From contig OX597816.1 in assembly GCA_951406725.2 (NCBI GenBank), positions 142,662,001-142,726,000 of the forward strand: 64,000 nt of DNA, written 5' to 3'. Below are positions 41,336 through 54,744 of this stretch, piece by piece (the stretch's first letter is position 1; each line of letters begins with the position of its first letter). The DNA comes from Octopus vulgaris. Lineage: Eukaryota. A program made the translations under genes and the position numbers. The notes beneath the pieces are model-generated. The model searched no databases. It worked only from the letters and a program-made list of their open reading frames with translations, and was not told the origin of the DNA.

Positions 41336-41545
41336 CACTGAGGAGGTCCAGTAAGACTGAAACATATCAGGAGTTATATTGCTAAAGATCACTCATTTCC
41401 TCATTACATTCTTTAATGATAATTTTGGCAGTCTCTCCCCTCCACTGAGGAGGTCCAGTAAGACTGAAACATATCAGGAGTTATATTGCTAAAGATCACT
41501 CATTTCTTCATTACATTCTTTAATGATAATTTTGGCAGTCTCTCC
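41336..41545 (+). repeat. 107-bp tandem duplication, each copy with a degenerate minimal type I hammerhead-ribozyme-like core
   Basis: Copies start at 41336 and 41443 and differ at one internal position. Each has CTGAGGA-GGTC(CAGTAA)GACT-GAAA-CATA-TC-AGGAG preceded by CTTCA or CTCCA. Confidence 0.7.
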
Positions 41546-43225
41546 ACTCTGCATTTTTTTTTTCACTAGAACAAGTTATTTAGCAAATGACTGAAAACAA
41601 TTATTTAGTATTTATGCAGTAGTTCACTTTACTACAAATGAAAGCAAGGTTACACAGCTTTTAGAAAGTAATACAAACAAATGATGCTGACCGGTTGAAA
41701 GGCATTGTGATTTCTTAATGTTATAGAAGACCAAAGGCAATGGAAATTAAAAATTTTTCTTACATGTTTCATGTTGTTTTACAACAATTTCAACTATCCT
41801 GTAACTGATATTGAAAATGAAAACTTTTGCCCTTTTTAATGATAACTACTTAGTTGTTAGTTATTTTCAGTGATATTTTAAACTGGAATTGAGCAAAGTA
41901 ATGTGTCTTGTCTTGAGGCATAAAGCAATGCTTTTATAAAGTTTTTGACCTTGCAACATACAGCAGAAATCAACCCATGAGCTAATAATTATCAATTATA
42001 TTTCAACGAAAGAAAAGATAAGGAAAATGAGAGAAAGAAAAAACTGGATTAAATGAATAATGGCTAATTGAAGTAAATATAGTTTCAAGTCTTTTAACAT
42101 TAAAATTTTTTACCTATGCTATTTTTATTTATCTAATCTTTAGTTTATATTGAGTGTGGTAGATAGTTATGGTATTATTTTCATTCTTACTCTTTAGCAA
42201 AACATGTATATCTGTCAAGATATATAAAAAAGGGATTTATTTCTTCTCTTTAATGATTTTTTTTTTATGTTTGTCGATGAACCACTTAAAATAATTAGCC
42301 ATCTAAAAAGAAAATAAGGAAAATGTTTTAAAGACATTTAGATTATCGATTGTTCAATATACTTTGATAGAATTACTTTCAAATATTTAAATGTAGAGAC
42401 ATCAATCTTAGTAACAACACATAGCAAAGCCAAACATCGAGAACATTTCAAAAATTCTTTGATTGCATTCATAATTGCATGGATTTACATACATAGATAC
42501 ATACATTGTGTGCATGTGTGTGTGTGAGTGTGGGGGAGGCTACACAGCTGCTGAATCACTGTTATTTAGTTTCTCACTTGATATGATCCATCAGGTGACA
42601 ACATCAATTTGTTGAGGAAGAATCTGAGTAGTGATAGTGAATCATCAGCTTCATAGGAAAAAAAAGAAAAGAAAATTTACATGTAATGAGAGCTCTTTCT
42701 CCCATATTTGTTAATACACACACAGTATATCTAGTTCATGATGATGATGCTGATATACACATACACAGTATATATAGTTCAATATATGATACAGTAAAAT
42801 ACAATATAAATAATTCTGTAATTTTTTATAGTGTTCATTCAATGAAAACAAGGTGGAAGGGACTGTCTTGTCTTGTTGCAGGCAATCACTTTAGTGCAAT
42901 AGCTTGATAAAATAAATCTACTTCCTAGACTGGTGGCAGGAAAGGCATCCAGCCACAATAAAAGAAAAATGTAATGAAAATTCATGACATACACAACAGA
43001 CTGATGGGTGCCTCTGTTGCTGTATGGCAGATGAACTGTTCTGAGTGGTGAGGCATTGCGGGATCTGTCCAACCTATACCACCATGAAAAATGGATGCAA
43101 AATGATGGAAGTGATATTAAGTTGTACAAGATTCTGCAAGTACATATTGAATATTATAGTGTTTATGAGACACAAAATGTGTCTTACCACATTGATCAAA
43201 CCGTGTATGTGTATATTTCCACATA

Positions 43226-45211
43226 GTTAGTTAGTTAGTTAATTTTTTGGCTCAAAAAGCAAAAAAGCAAGGCCATGTAGGGGGACATGGAGCTATGTAC
43301 AGGGTGGTGTTCATGTAAAGAGTTCAGGCCACTTGTGGTCAAGGGAGACTTTGAACCGAGCGGTCGTCGGCATCTTCACCATCTCGTCTGGCAGCTTATT
43401 CCACGGACCCGCAACCCAGACGGAGAAAGCCCCTCTCCTTCGATTGAGATGAAATCGTTGCAGATAGAGCTTTTCGGAATGACCCCGCAGCCGACGCTCT
43501 GGAGCAGGAGTGAAGAACAGCTCCTTTGAGAGGTTACACTTTCCGCTTATGATGTTGTGAGCAAGAATGAGATCACCACGGCGTCGTTGTTTTTCTAGAG
43601 AATATAGGTCGAGCGTCTTCAGCCTTTCTTCATGAGACAAATTCTTGAGACCAAAAACCATGCGGGTAGCCAGCTTCTGGACTCTTTCGAGATGCTGTAT
43701 GTCTTTGAGGAGATAAGGAGAAGAGGCTTGAATCCCGTACTCCAATATGGGTCTCACCAGCGTGACAGAGAACGGTAAGAATATGGCTGCTGTGAGCATT
43801 CCGAATGACCGTCGAATCAAGAACAGAACTCCGCATGCTTTGTTGGCAGCATGGACGCACTGGGCTGAAGGCGAAAAGGAGGAATCCACCAAGATACCCA
43901 GGTCCTTTACCTGATCGGTCCTCTCCAGCAGCAGATGACCCGGCTCGAAATCAAGTTGAGTTGCAGGAGGAGAGCCAACAGGCAGATGACAGCACTTTGA
44001 CACATTCAGACACAGGTCCCATTCGTTAGACCATCTCCAAATTTGGTGGAGGCATCGACGAAGATCCTCTATATCACCGCAAGTAGCGACCAGTTTGACA
44101 TCGTCGGCAAATAGAAGGGTGTGTTGCGTGAGGTCATCGGGCATGTCATTTATGAAGACTAAGAACAATAAGGGCCCAAGCATTGAACCTTGAGGCACGC
44201 CACTGCTCGCACTGGAGACGTCGGACCGCGAACCATTAACTTGGACTTGGAAGGAGCGATCTGAGAGGAAGGCACCAACCCATCATACAATATCCGGATG
44301 GAAACTATATGCTTGAAGCTTGACAAGTAATAGGCGGTGGTTTACCGAGTCAAAAGCTTTGGCAAAGTCCAATAAAATGATGTCAACAGCATCACTATCA
44401 TCGAGGATGCGCATCACCAATTCTTCCATTACCAGTAAGTTGGTCAAGCATGATGATCTCTTCGGCACGAAGCCGTGTTGGGAATCAGAGATAGAGGCTG
44501 TGTTTTGGAGGTGGAGCATCATACTTTTCTTAAGGATGGTTTCGAACGTCTTGCTGATTATTGATGTAAGGGAAACCAGTCGGTAGTTAAGCGGGTCTTC
44601 GCGGCTCCCTTTCTTGAAAATTGGGCAGATTATCGCTGTTCTCCAGTCCACAGGTATAACACCCGTCGCCAATGACATATTGAATAGTCGTGTTAAGGGC
44701 TCGCAGATGACCGGAGCCAACGCTTTGATAACCCGTGGGTGTATGCCGTCAGGGCCGTGACCCTTGTTGACATCGAGGCCTTGAATAACGTGTTCGACTT
44801 CGTCCCGCGTGATGACCAATCGAAGCATTGGAGGTACCAATCTATCAAATGGAGGGGGTTCACGACCATCATCTTGTTTGAAAATAGTTGAAAAAGCCTC
44901 GGCAAATAATTGACTCTGTTGATAAGGGTCCTCAATCGATATGCCTGTTGAGTCTACCAACGTTGTAATTTGGTTGTTCAAGTGGGAATTCTGTTGGACA
45001 TAGGAAAAGAAGGTTTTTGGATTGCTACTGGCATTTGCCGCGATTCTGTATTCATATCTGAAGCGTTCTTCCTTTTCAATTTTCATGGCTCAGTCTCGTT
45101 GAGTTTTGTACACCTCAAAAGCTGCAGTCGAATCCAGATTTTTTAATTCAGCCCAAGCAATATCTCTGAGTCAAAGTTCTCGTTTAACCTTCTTCATCAC
45201 CCATGGCTCCA
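43226..45211 (-). mobile_element. 5'-truncated CR1-group LINE; ORF2 reverse transcriptase region interrupted by three in-frame TGA stops
   Basis: Motifs GPDGIHPR, PIFKKGSREDPLNYRLVSLTS, QHGF, LDFAKAFDSVNH, GVPQGSMLGPLLF, LFADD, LERVQK, RGDLI and PWNKLP. ORFs 44283-45086 and 43311-44198 are in the same frame. (TAAC)n 3' tail; candidate TSD ACATA (43221-43225 and 45212-45216). Markedly more GC-rich than the flanks. Confidence 0.95.
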
Positions 45212-48200
45212 ACATACATGCACATACATATGTTTATGTAAATATAAAATGTAGTTTCATGTAGTTGTGTTTACGATAAATCTGTGTGGCCAGGGTTCAA
45301 ACCTCTTCTTACTGTTATAGAAGTATAGATACAAGATTTAAGTAAAATTGAAAAGTTCAGTCAAAAATTTAGAACTGAACTATGGAATCACTTTACTGAT
45401 CTCTTTCTCTTCCCCTCTCTCTTGCACTTGGATATCCTATACATTTATCTATCTGTCTGTACAGTTTATATCTTGCATCTTTGTTGCTTGTGTGATTTCT
45501 GGGTGAGAATTTGAATTCGTACATGATAACCTTTGAAGAAATTAACACAAAAGTTATAAGCACAGGAAATAATTTTTATTCAGAAGAATTTTTAATGGAT
45601 TCTGATTGAAAATAAATTTGTGATAACATTGGTGGATTGAGTCTATAAAACTGAAGAATTTGAACTATCAGAGTAATTTACCTACTTACTGTCATGATTA
45701 TTTTGAATAAGAGCTAAGCTTTGTTTCATCTTTAATATGTGTGAAAGCCTGGGTGAATGCACATAAATGTACATTGTGAATGGCTCTAACGGATATTGTT
45801 TATATGAAAGATTTTGACCATTTTGCAGTATTCTATTCAGTTTATTGCAGTATTATATCCACTTTACTAAAAAGACAAGGTGGGTCTTGCTGCAATTTTG
45901 CACTTGTAGGTTTTGTTGAGTTTAGAAATATCTGAAAGACTAAGACTAATAGATTTTATTAAACCTATTCAATGTCTTTGAAGGATTTGGTACTAATGTA
46001 TTTGCTCTATATTGTTCATGGTCTTAAAAGGCTTGAAGATAATAAATTTATTAAAATCTAGACTGAAAATGAGCTACTGCAAACTTTATCAATAGTAATC
46101 CATTGAGATATATTGTCCTGAATGGAGTTTTAGTCAGTGTCATAAGTTTCATAGTTGTAATATGCATTCTCAACAGTTGTAATAAATCTTTAAATAATCC
46201 ACAGGTATTCATGCAGTTAAATGAAATTCATTTCACAGTCTAATGAAATACTGGCAAGTTACATATTCTATTGTTGCTTAATTGATGATCAGGCAAGATG
46301 CATGGTCAGAGGCATTCCAGCCATAAATCTCCTGCCTTTGTAGTGTAGGATCACTTTATTGTCTATTGTTATCTGAAGTGGATTTGGTTGTTTTACTTGC
46401 AACTGGGCAACCACTTACAAGCTTCTTAAAATAGAAGAGAGACAAATCCTCTCTTGGATGTAATAGCAAGTTGCTTTTCCCATGGGATTTATTGAGTTTG
46501 TCATTTGCAAGCCATGAATTCACTTGTCAATCTTATAGTGCAGCAGCTGCTGTCCATTGCAGTGAATGTTGCCCCCAGAACTAAGTTAAATTTAATCGTA
46601 GGGAGTAAAGTAGCTTGCCACAGAACAATACAAAGATTGCTACAGAATAAAAGCCACTGATTGCTTAGCTGGTCATTCAGTACTATATCAGATGAATTAT
46701 TCATATTCTTTAAGTTTGAGTTTTTATGAAGAAGTTCATGTATTGTTATGGCATTTCATGTGATGAACACTTCATTTAAATCTAATGATAATTAACTTGT
46801 TAATTTATTATTTTAAAAATATTTTATATTTTATGATTTTTCCTTTTTTTTTTATAGCAGTATAAAAGCTCCCTGCGTGAAGAGAACATCTGTCAAAAAT
46901 ATCTACTTAAGAGCTTCAATTATAATATTTTTATAAAAATAGCCAGTAATTGTAAAATTTTGTTTTTAATTTCTTCCACTAATTTATAAATTAAAACAAA
47001 TTTAAGTAATTTAATTTCAAAATGACCAATTTTATTTGTTTTTTATTCATCTAATTTTAATTAAATTTTTTAATTCACCATAGAAATATTACAAAATTAA
47101 ATATTTAAAAAATTTATTTTGCTTTATTTTCCTTTTATATTTTACTTTTATTTAAATAACAATGACTACAGAGGTTTTTAAATTGCTTTCAATAGTTGTA
47201 AAATGCTATATTCTTAAGGCTGTTTTCTTTTGTTTTGTACTATTAAACATTGTTTGAATTATAAATAGGTCGCATGAGTTTATTCAATTAATGAACAAAC
47301 TTTAGTACAATACTTAATTAACATGTTCGTTTCAATTTTCTTTTTTGTGAATTGATAAAAAGTTCTTATTTTGAATGAAATAACTGTCAAAGATTCTTAA
47401 AATATTTCTCTGTTCCATATCAAATTTCTGATGTTAGTCCTAGAACTTATCTTAAACTATTCATTATTCAAAGTTTTTTCTTTTTCCTTTCTCTGAAGTG
47501 ACCCTGCCAGAGTTTGTATTGCCTTTCATTGTTCCAAGTTCATAAAAACATTAAATTTATAGTTGCTAAAGATAGTAGATATTTTTCAGAGTCAATGGAT
47601 TTTCATACTTCAGTAGAATTTTTTTTCTAACTCTGTTTTTACTCTATGAAGCCTAACAAGGATTAAAGGAATTATAAAATCATTTTCAAGAATATGACCT
47701 AGAAATCAAGAGACTCAGTCTTCAGTGATAATTCTTATATTCTTGTAATTATCAAAAGTTCTAAGACGAGCTGTTTTGATGATAATTTTTCTGATGTAGA
47801 CATCAGTAATACTTAAAATATATTTTCATTATGTTTATTAGTTTGATCTTCAGTCATTATCAGATGTAGGTGTCTTATTTATGGATTTATGCATAGTCCC
47901 AGATTAGATTTGAACTAGGAACCCTTGTTTTTTAGAGGGTCTATTAATCTGTTTGTTAAAGGCTCCATTTCACATCCTCTTTAGGACAATGTAGATATTC
48001 AGGAGTAAGACTTAGAAGCATAGTATGTGAATACTGAATGCACAACATTTAATCTATAGCCCAATATCAATAAGCTGCCTGTGAACCAAACATGGAAACA
48101 GGGTTCTATCAGCAAATGTTCCTTTGATGGCATGTGTTTGTTAAACAATTCCTCTAACACTAAATTTTGAGAATTTGGTTAATTCTCAGTAAAAATATCT

Positions 48201-48299
48201 TGTTTTTAAGTTCAACATAAATCTGTTCATAACCTGCTAACCTTAAACTTGCTTTATATATAACTCTCTTAGGAGCAGTGAAACATTAAAATATATTGG

Positions 48300-48937
48300 A
48301 AGTCTTGCCTTCCCCTATCAACTATATCATTGCTAACCTATCACTCTCTCCTTACCTACATACTCTCTTCTGCACCCCTTTATACTCTTCAACTCGTGAC
48401 TCATTGGTCATCACCCTTCAACCCCACCACACTCTTTTTGACAGCTGCACACTGTTTCCCATCCCCCTCATCTCATGTTCTTCATATAATCTTGCTATCT
48501 CCTTACCCACTTCTACTTGCCCTATACCTTGTGTTGCTACCTGGGCACCTCATATCTGATATTTATATCTTCGCAGCTCCTCCTACTCTTTCCCCACTCA
48601 CCACTAAATATGAGTAACCTTGCAGCCCTTATTCAGTAACCTGTTCTGTCCACCCCTTTTTCTCTTACTTTAACCCCTCACCTCCTAGCGTAAAGTGGAC
48701 TACCCCTTTTCTCTGGGTTTTTAGTCTTGCGAGTTTCATGACAACAACCTAAATAGTGCAGGTGGAATTTAAAAAAAAAAAACGGTACTCACTGTTGGCA
48801 TTAGGAATGGCATGGAGTTGTAGAAACCATGCCAAAGTATATATTGGCGCATGATGCAATCCCTGGATCCAACAGATCCTGTAAAACCATCCAATCCATG
48901 TCAGCATGAAACAAGGACATTAAAGGCTGATGGTGAT
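48300..48937 (+). mobile_element. Composite repeat: CT-rich body plus RTE-like 3' tail
   Basis: Pyrimidine-rich 48300-48720, then GGCATTAGGAATGGCAT...CCAATCCATGTCAGCATGAAACAAGGACATTAAAGGCTGATGGTGAT. Confidence 0.6.
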
Positions 48938-49979
48938 ATTTGGTTGTTGAGTAAAAGCAAAATTAAAAGTAATTTGGATTTTATTTTTCTTTCATCTTAA
49001 TTACTGTAATCTTCAAGTTATATACTAGAAGTTATTTTATAAATGTTGTTGTGTGGAGATATTCATCTTCCTTTAAAATTTTGAGTGGTAGATATTTTGA
49101 AAAATTCAAGTTCTACTATTAAAGTTTTAAAATCACTTCAAAGAAGATTCAAATTTTTATTTTTGTGGTCGCAATACTACTTCATAGAAATAGAAAATTG
49201 ATCAAGTAGATAAAACCAATGAATAGTTGCTCTTTTTCCTTTGGGAACAATTCAGGCAAACAATATCAAAATTTTGTATAAAGCATTTCATTGTGAACTT
49301 CTTTTATTCACTTGGTATATCTGATTTCTTCACTCAACTCAATGACGTGGTCTCTATCTGACCAATTCTAGCAATGTTGCCTACAGTTTTTTATACAATT
49401 GTGAAATGTTATCTTATATTCTAGTGGTTTTGCAATTTAGCTAAAAAATTTTTCTTGTTAAAAAATAGGAAATAAACATTCCATAAATGAATTTGAAACT
49501 GAAGAATGTTGTAAATTCAAACAAAGAAAGTAGTTATGAATCAATAATACCAATAATTTGGTTTGAAACAGAGCTGCCATAACTGTACTATATATGATGT
49601 GTATATGATGGATATTCAGAATGAGTGGGAACGGTGTTGCAAGATGATATCTGTGGGATTAGAGAATGATAAAAATAACTGGCAAATTAATGCTTAAAAG
49701 TAGAAATTTCTTTATATCTAAATTTATGAAAGATATAGACAGACATCTTGGTCCTAGGGAAAACTTACTAAACGGCCATGTGATCATAATTTCAAAAAAA
49801 CTGTTTTAATTTTTTTATTGTGCTTTTCAATAATGGATATTACTCTTTCTTCAGTTTGTCTAACTGGAAACAATAAGAAGTATTAATTCTGATTCATATA
49901 TTATATCTGAATGGTTTAGTGATAAGAAAGACCCAACTGTAAGGATATTTACTCCAACAATATTGATGATGTCAATGTA

Positions 49980-50520
49980 ATGAAGGAGCCTCTAAGAGAT
50001 TACTTGCTCTGTTAGAAATAGTAGCCAGATGGAAATCAAACCACACCTTATTGCCTTAGAAGGACAAGTTAAATGTTGTGATCTGAGGTGGGGAGGGGGG
50101 AGATGAAATGGTCATAGTTTGAATGCCTTTAATTGCAAGTCTGCTCAATCAGAGCTGATTTGGTGCTAAATAATAGCAGTTGTGTTTCCTATCTAGGAAA
50201 CCTTTCATTAGGAGCCTCTATTTAGTCATTTGACTTGCTAGAAATAGCAATCAAATTTTAAAATTCATCTTGAAATAGGAAGGACACATTAAAGAAATCC
50301 TAACAACAACACTTCTGAAAAAATTATCATCAGTCTTTTCAGAATGATTGAAGTCAACAAGGAATCTTCTTTGTAATCACTCAAACTTCTGGTAACAGCA
50401 GCCAAATCTCCCTCAAATCATGTTGTCACCTTAAAAAAGAAGGGATACATTACACAATGCAAAATGGCATTGACTTGAACATATTTGACCCTGGATTTGT
50501 TGGATTAGGAACTAAACAAT
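49980..50520 (+). repeat. Three tandem copies of an abundant ~200-bp interspersed repeat (family C; CTAGAAATAGCAGCCAAATCTCCCTCAAATC core)
   Basis: Copies at about 49980, 50210 and 50360. Similar copies lie near 200-500, 3600-3810, 10970-11130, 24820-25025, 26040-26430, 34500-34700, 35240-35430 and 39340-39500, in both orientations. Confidence 0.75.
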
Positions 50521-53171
50521 GAGTTTGGGCATGGTTTGTGGTTAAGAAGTTCACTTCACAATCACCATGGTTTTGGGTTTCATCTCTCAACAGAATAACT
50601 TGGGTGAGAATTTACTACCACATCTTTAACTTGTGAATAGAATATACTTGACAAAAACTGCATAATCTTGGTGTGTTTGTGTGTAAGATCATTGCCATTT
50701 TACATCAGGTTGGTCATTACTATCTGAATCAGTTTATGTTTGGAGTTACTTATTTATGCGATGGCTTGCACCATGTTGCATTCATGCATTCTATTTTTGG
50801 CAAGATTTTAAAGGCTAGATGCTGTTTCTAACAACAGGTGTACTTTATTGTGGCACCAGAACTAGAACTTATCAGATCCTCAATGAGACTCAAGTGCTCT
50901 CTCAACCTCATGCTTGTTACTGCTTATTTGCCAATCACTTGACAGTGTATTTGATGCATCTTATCAAGGCACATATGAGGTTGAGTTGTACCTCAAATGA
51001 CAAGAGTATGCACTAGTCCACATTCTCAGTTGTTCAGGGTAACATGACTTACAAATTGAACAGAAAGGTCAGTTGTGAAAAATGAACTAGACGAGAGGGA
51101 GTAAGAAAGAGGAGTATGAAGGAGAAAACTGTGAGAAAGAATGGAGAAATGAGAGACAGTAATAAAAGGAGTAATGGAAGAAACAGTGATGTCGGTGTAA
51201 TGAAAAAGAGCCACATAATAATGGTAGAGAATAATAGAAAAAACGAGAGATGGATAATCATAAGAATGGCCAATGGTAAGAGAGTGTGATGGATGTCAAT
51301 GAGTTATTTGGGAAAAGGAGGAATGGTGGCTATAGCAGTACAGAGGGTAGTGTTAGTTGGTAAGAGAAAAATGTTATCAATAGACAATAGTAAGAATGAT
51401 AGATGTCAATAAGGAGTGATCTGAGGAATGGGAGTAATGGCTAGCAGTACAGGAGGATAAATAGGAAAGTGTATTGGATACCAATAGATCAGATGTATTC
51501 CTCACTCATACACAAACACGTGCACACACTCTCACATGTAATGTGTACAAGTATGAATGTGTGTTTTTACTGATGTATATTGACAAAGATTATAAAACAT
51601 CATTGAGAAATTGAAAAATGAGTGCTCTCTGAATTACCTCTTGTGATAGTTGATCTGGTCTAAGCTACACACACACACACACTCATGCTCTTATCACTAT
51701 TGGTGTTAGAAATGCTGTGGACTAGTGATTGGCTCATTGGAAGCCTGGAACCATTGACACTATTTCTCACCAATTGTTACATAAAATACACCAACAACAA
51801 CTTCTGAAATAGTCTTGACCATGAACACAATGCTGCACTGGTAACAGGTCACCAGCTAACATTCTTTTCATTGTTGCTCTACTATTATATCAACTTTTGC
51901 AGCTGCAACTCTGAAATGAAGGCAAAATGGTGAAAAGAAAAATTGTAGAAATGGCATATTCAAAATCAGTCAAAAGTTATCTGTTTTTTACTGCAAATTC
52001 TTGGATATCAAATTATGTTTTGTTGCCTGGTTCTCAGTTTCCATGAACAGTCCATTATTGTACAAAATTTGTTACATGAAATATTTCTGTCCAGCTGTAT
52101 AAATATTTAAGAATTTTCAATGTCTGGCTTTATAATCTAGAAAATTGAATTTATTTTTCTCTATTATTACATTTTAACTCTTTTTAGTGAATCTTTGTTT
52201 ACAGTAACAAAATCATTTATTTATTACTCTTATTATATGGGAGGGTGATAAGTGGAGTGAAAGGAATGCTAGTGCTGAATTATCAGATTTTGTTTTGTCA
52301 CTCATTTTTACATTCTAAATTAAAATACTTCAGCCATTAACTTAACCTTTTAGTCTTATGTTTTCCCACAAGATTCATTCATGAAAATAAATCCCAGGCA
52401 TATAATTGACTAACTCTTTCCTGCAAATTTGTAGTTTCATCCTTAAGTGAGACACAATCATCATTATTATCATTATCAAAAAGTGATAGTGCCAAACTAA
52501 ATTTTTTAAAGAATCTAGTTGTACTTCTTAACATTCTATTCAAATTATTTTAAGATCAATGTAGACTTGCCTCACTCTTGGCTCAATAAAATATATACTG
52601 ATTATAAAATTGTTTGATTCAGTCAACTGTAATCTTCCTTCACAAATCAGAGACATTCATTATTCTAATAAGTGCAGTGATTATTGTTATTTCAAAACAA
52701 TATTTTGCAGTATTTACAAAGCTTTACATTCTGAGTTCAAACCTCACCAGGGACTTTTCAACCATTCAGTGACTAAGTCAAGTACTAGGTTTGGTCTAAA
52801 TAATTATGTTTATCCCCCAAATTTAGTCTTATTGCTTTGGGAAGAATTATTTTAATATGAGATGAAATGTAATAGAGTTGATGCAATAACTAAAAGTATT
52901 GTACTGGAATCAATTCTATCTACTATACTCCTTTCTTATAAGTTTGTGTACTTTTGCCAAAGTTAGAAATTGTTAGTGTTGTTATTATATTTCAAATCCC
53001 ATCGGAGTAAACTTTGTTGTTCATCCTTTCAAGGTCAATAAAATAAAATAAAGTACTGGTCAAGTACTGTAATCAAAGGCTTCAACTATTCCCTCCCTCA
53101 AATTTCAAACCATTTACTTATTCTAGAAACATTTACATTGGGCAGAGAGATGGTAGAAGTTTTAATACCTT

Positions 53172-53680
53172 GGTCACCCTATGATCCAAGGTTAGCACAG
53201 CAGGCCATCCTGCGAGCCATGAACTCACTTCATGGCTCGCAGGACGGCCTGCTATGCTAACCTTGGATCATAGGGTAACCTGCTGTGCTTCACAAGACCT
53301 ACTGAGTCAAGTACATTTACATCATCAAAATAAAAATCAAATGGAAATTGTAGTTGTGACACCCATGCCAGTGGCACGTAAAAAGCACCATCCAAACATG
53401 GCCGATGCCACTGCCGCTTTGACTGGCATCAATGCCGGTGACAGGTAAAAAGCACCAACCGATTGTGGCCATTTGCCAGCCTCCTTTGGCTCCTGTGCCA
53501 GTGGCACATAAAAAGCACCCATTACTCTCACAGAGTAGTTGGCATTAGGAAGGGCATCCAGCTATAGAAACACTGCCAGATCAGACTAGAACCTGGTGCA
53601 GCTTCTTGGTTTCCCAGACCCCGGTCAAACCGTCCAACCCATGCTAGCATGGAAAACGGACGTTAAATGATGATGGTGAT
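53172..53680 (+). mobile_element. 5'-truncated RTE-like 3' UTR retrocopy with a 52-bp inverted duplication at its 5' end, nested in a family A SINE
   Basis: Hairpin at 53172-53280, then internal GTGGCACGTAAAAAGCACC repeats and the tail CCATGCTAGCATGGAAAACGGACGTTAAATGATGATG. The host SINE head (53139-53171) resumes at about 53680 (GGACAAAAATGCTCAGCAG). Confidence 0.85.
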
Positions 53681-54744
53681 GGACAAAAATGCTCAGCAGT
53701 ATTTCTTCAAGCTTTACATTCTGAATTCAAATTCTGCCATGGTTGACTTTGCCTTTCATACTTTTGGGATCAATAAAATTAGAACCAGTCAAGTACTGGG
53801 ATCAATATAATCAACTACCTCTTTCCCCTAAAATTTCAGGCCTTGTGCTTATGGATTATTACAATGTTGCTGTTTTTAAATGTTTTCTTGCAGCTTGTCT
53901 TAGAGCTGCAGTGCTGTTCAAGTGAAGTCTTATACTGGGGACCTGGTAATATTAAGCTTCTTCCAGTTGAGCAATGCAGTTTTGGAGGAAATATCCATAC
54001 TTTTGTTTTATAGTGAGCTAATGAAGAGAATGAGTGACAATTTACTAAAGAAGACCCTGAACATTAATTAAAATCAGCTTAATAGTTTATTACAGAGAAC
54101 TTTCACACCAGGGCCAAAGCGTAGCTTCTGCAACCTAATAAAACTGCCAAACTAAAGATTGCTAGTCTGATTTGGGAAAAGTTTTATAGGTAGTGAATTA
54201 TCAGTTGGTCCCTGTCTCGGATACAGAAAGTGTACAAAACAGTTGGCAATGTTGAAAGGTTATTGTCTCTTGTAGGACAGCTCTGGTTGTTGTCTGGTTC
54301 CTGCCTTTTGCAGTGCAAGACAAGCAGTATTCTGTTTGGTGGATGTCTTTGTAAGGTTTGAGGACAGATCTTTACTTCTCTAATCAACTGTTCAGCTTTT
54401 TCAAATATTACTTGAAAGTAGAAACGTTGCCCTCAAACAAATTTCATGAATACTGAGTGATAATGGTAAAGTGTGTGTGTGTGTGTGTGTGTGTGTAAGA
54501 CAGATAAAGAGAGAGTGAGTAAGAGCCAATTCTCAACTTCTGCATGTAAGTTGCAATCAAGAGAGCAGGAAGTACTGAAATGTAAGTTGATTAGTTGTGT
54601 GGTGGTCTGTCCTCCTTAGGTAGTGATTTCCCACCTCTTTTTAGGTGGATATTTTTTTTTTGATATTGTATTTAAACTTTTAATGTTTTTTATCATGTAT
54701 TGTCTTTCACCTGTTTATATATGTGCATTGCTTATATAAAGCAC

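Noticed and set aside
43226-43242. (GTTA)n as a telomere-like repeat
   Set aside because: It is the (TAAC)n 3' tail of the CR1-type LINE, not TTAGGG.
44283-44285. In-frame TGA as programmed readthrough or selenocysteine
   Set aside because: The copy is 5'-truncated and has two more TGAs and other CpG-type changes; mutational decay is the simpler explanation.
43287-44935. Extra ORFs overlapping the CR1 element in other frames and on the other strand
   Set aside because: Shadow ORFs of a GC-richer RT coding region; no independent motifs.
46840-46990. Strong polypyrimidine tract with TAGCAG acceptor, followed by a frame starting with Tyr; possible next NKAIN exon
   Set aside because: The translation (YKSSLREENICQKYLLK...) lacks the conserved W..W..WN..IIC pattern and runs into very AT-rich sequence.
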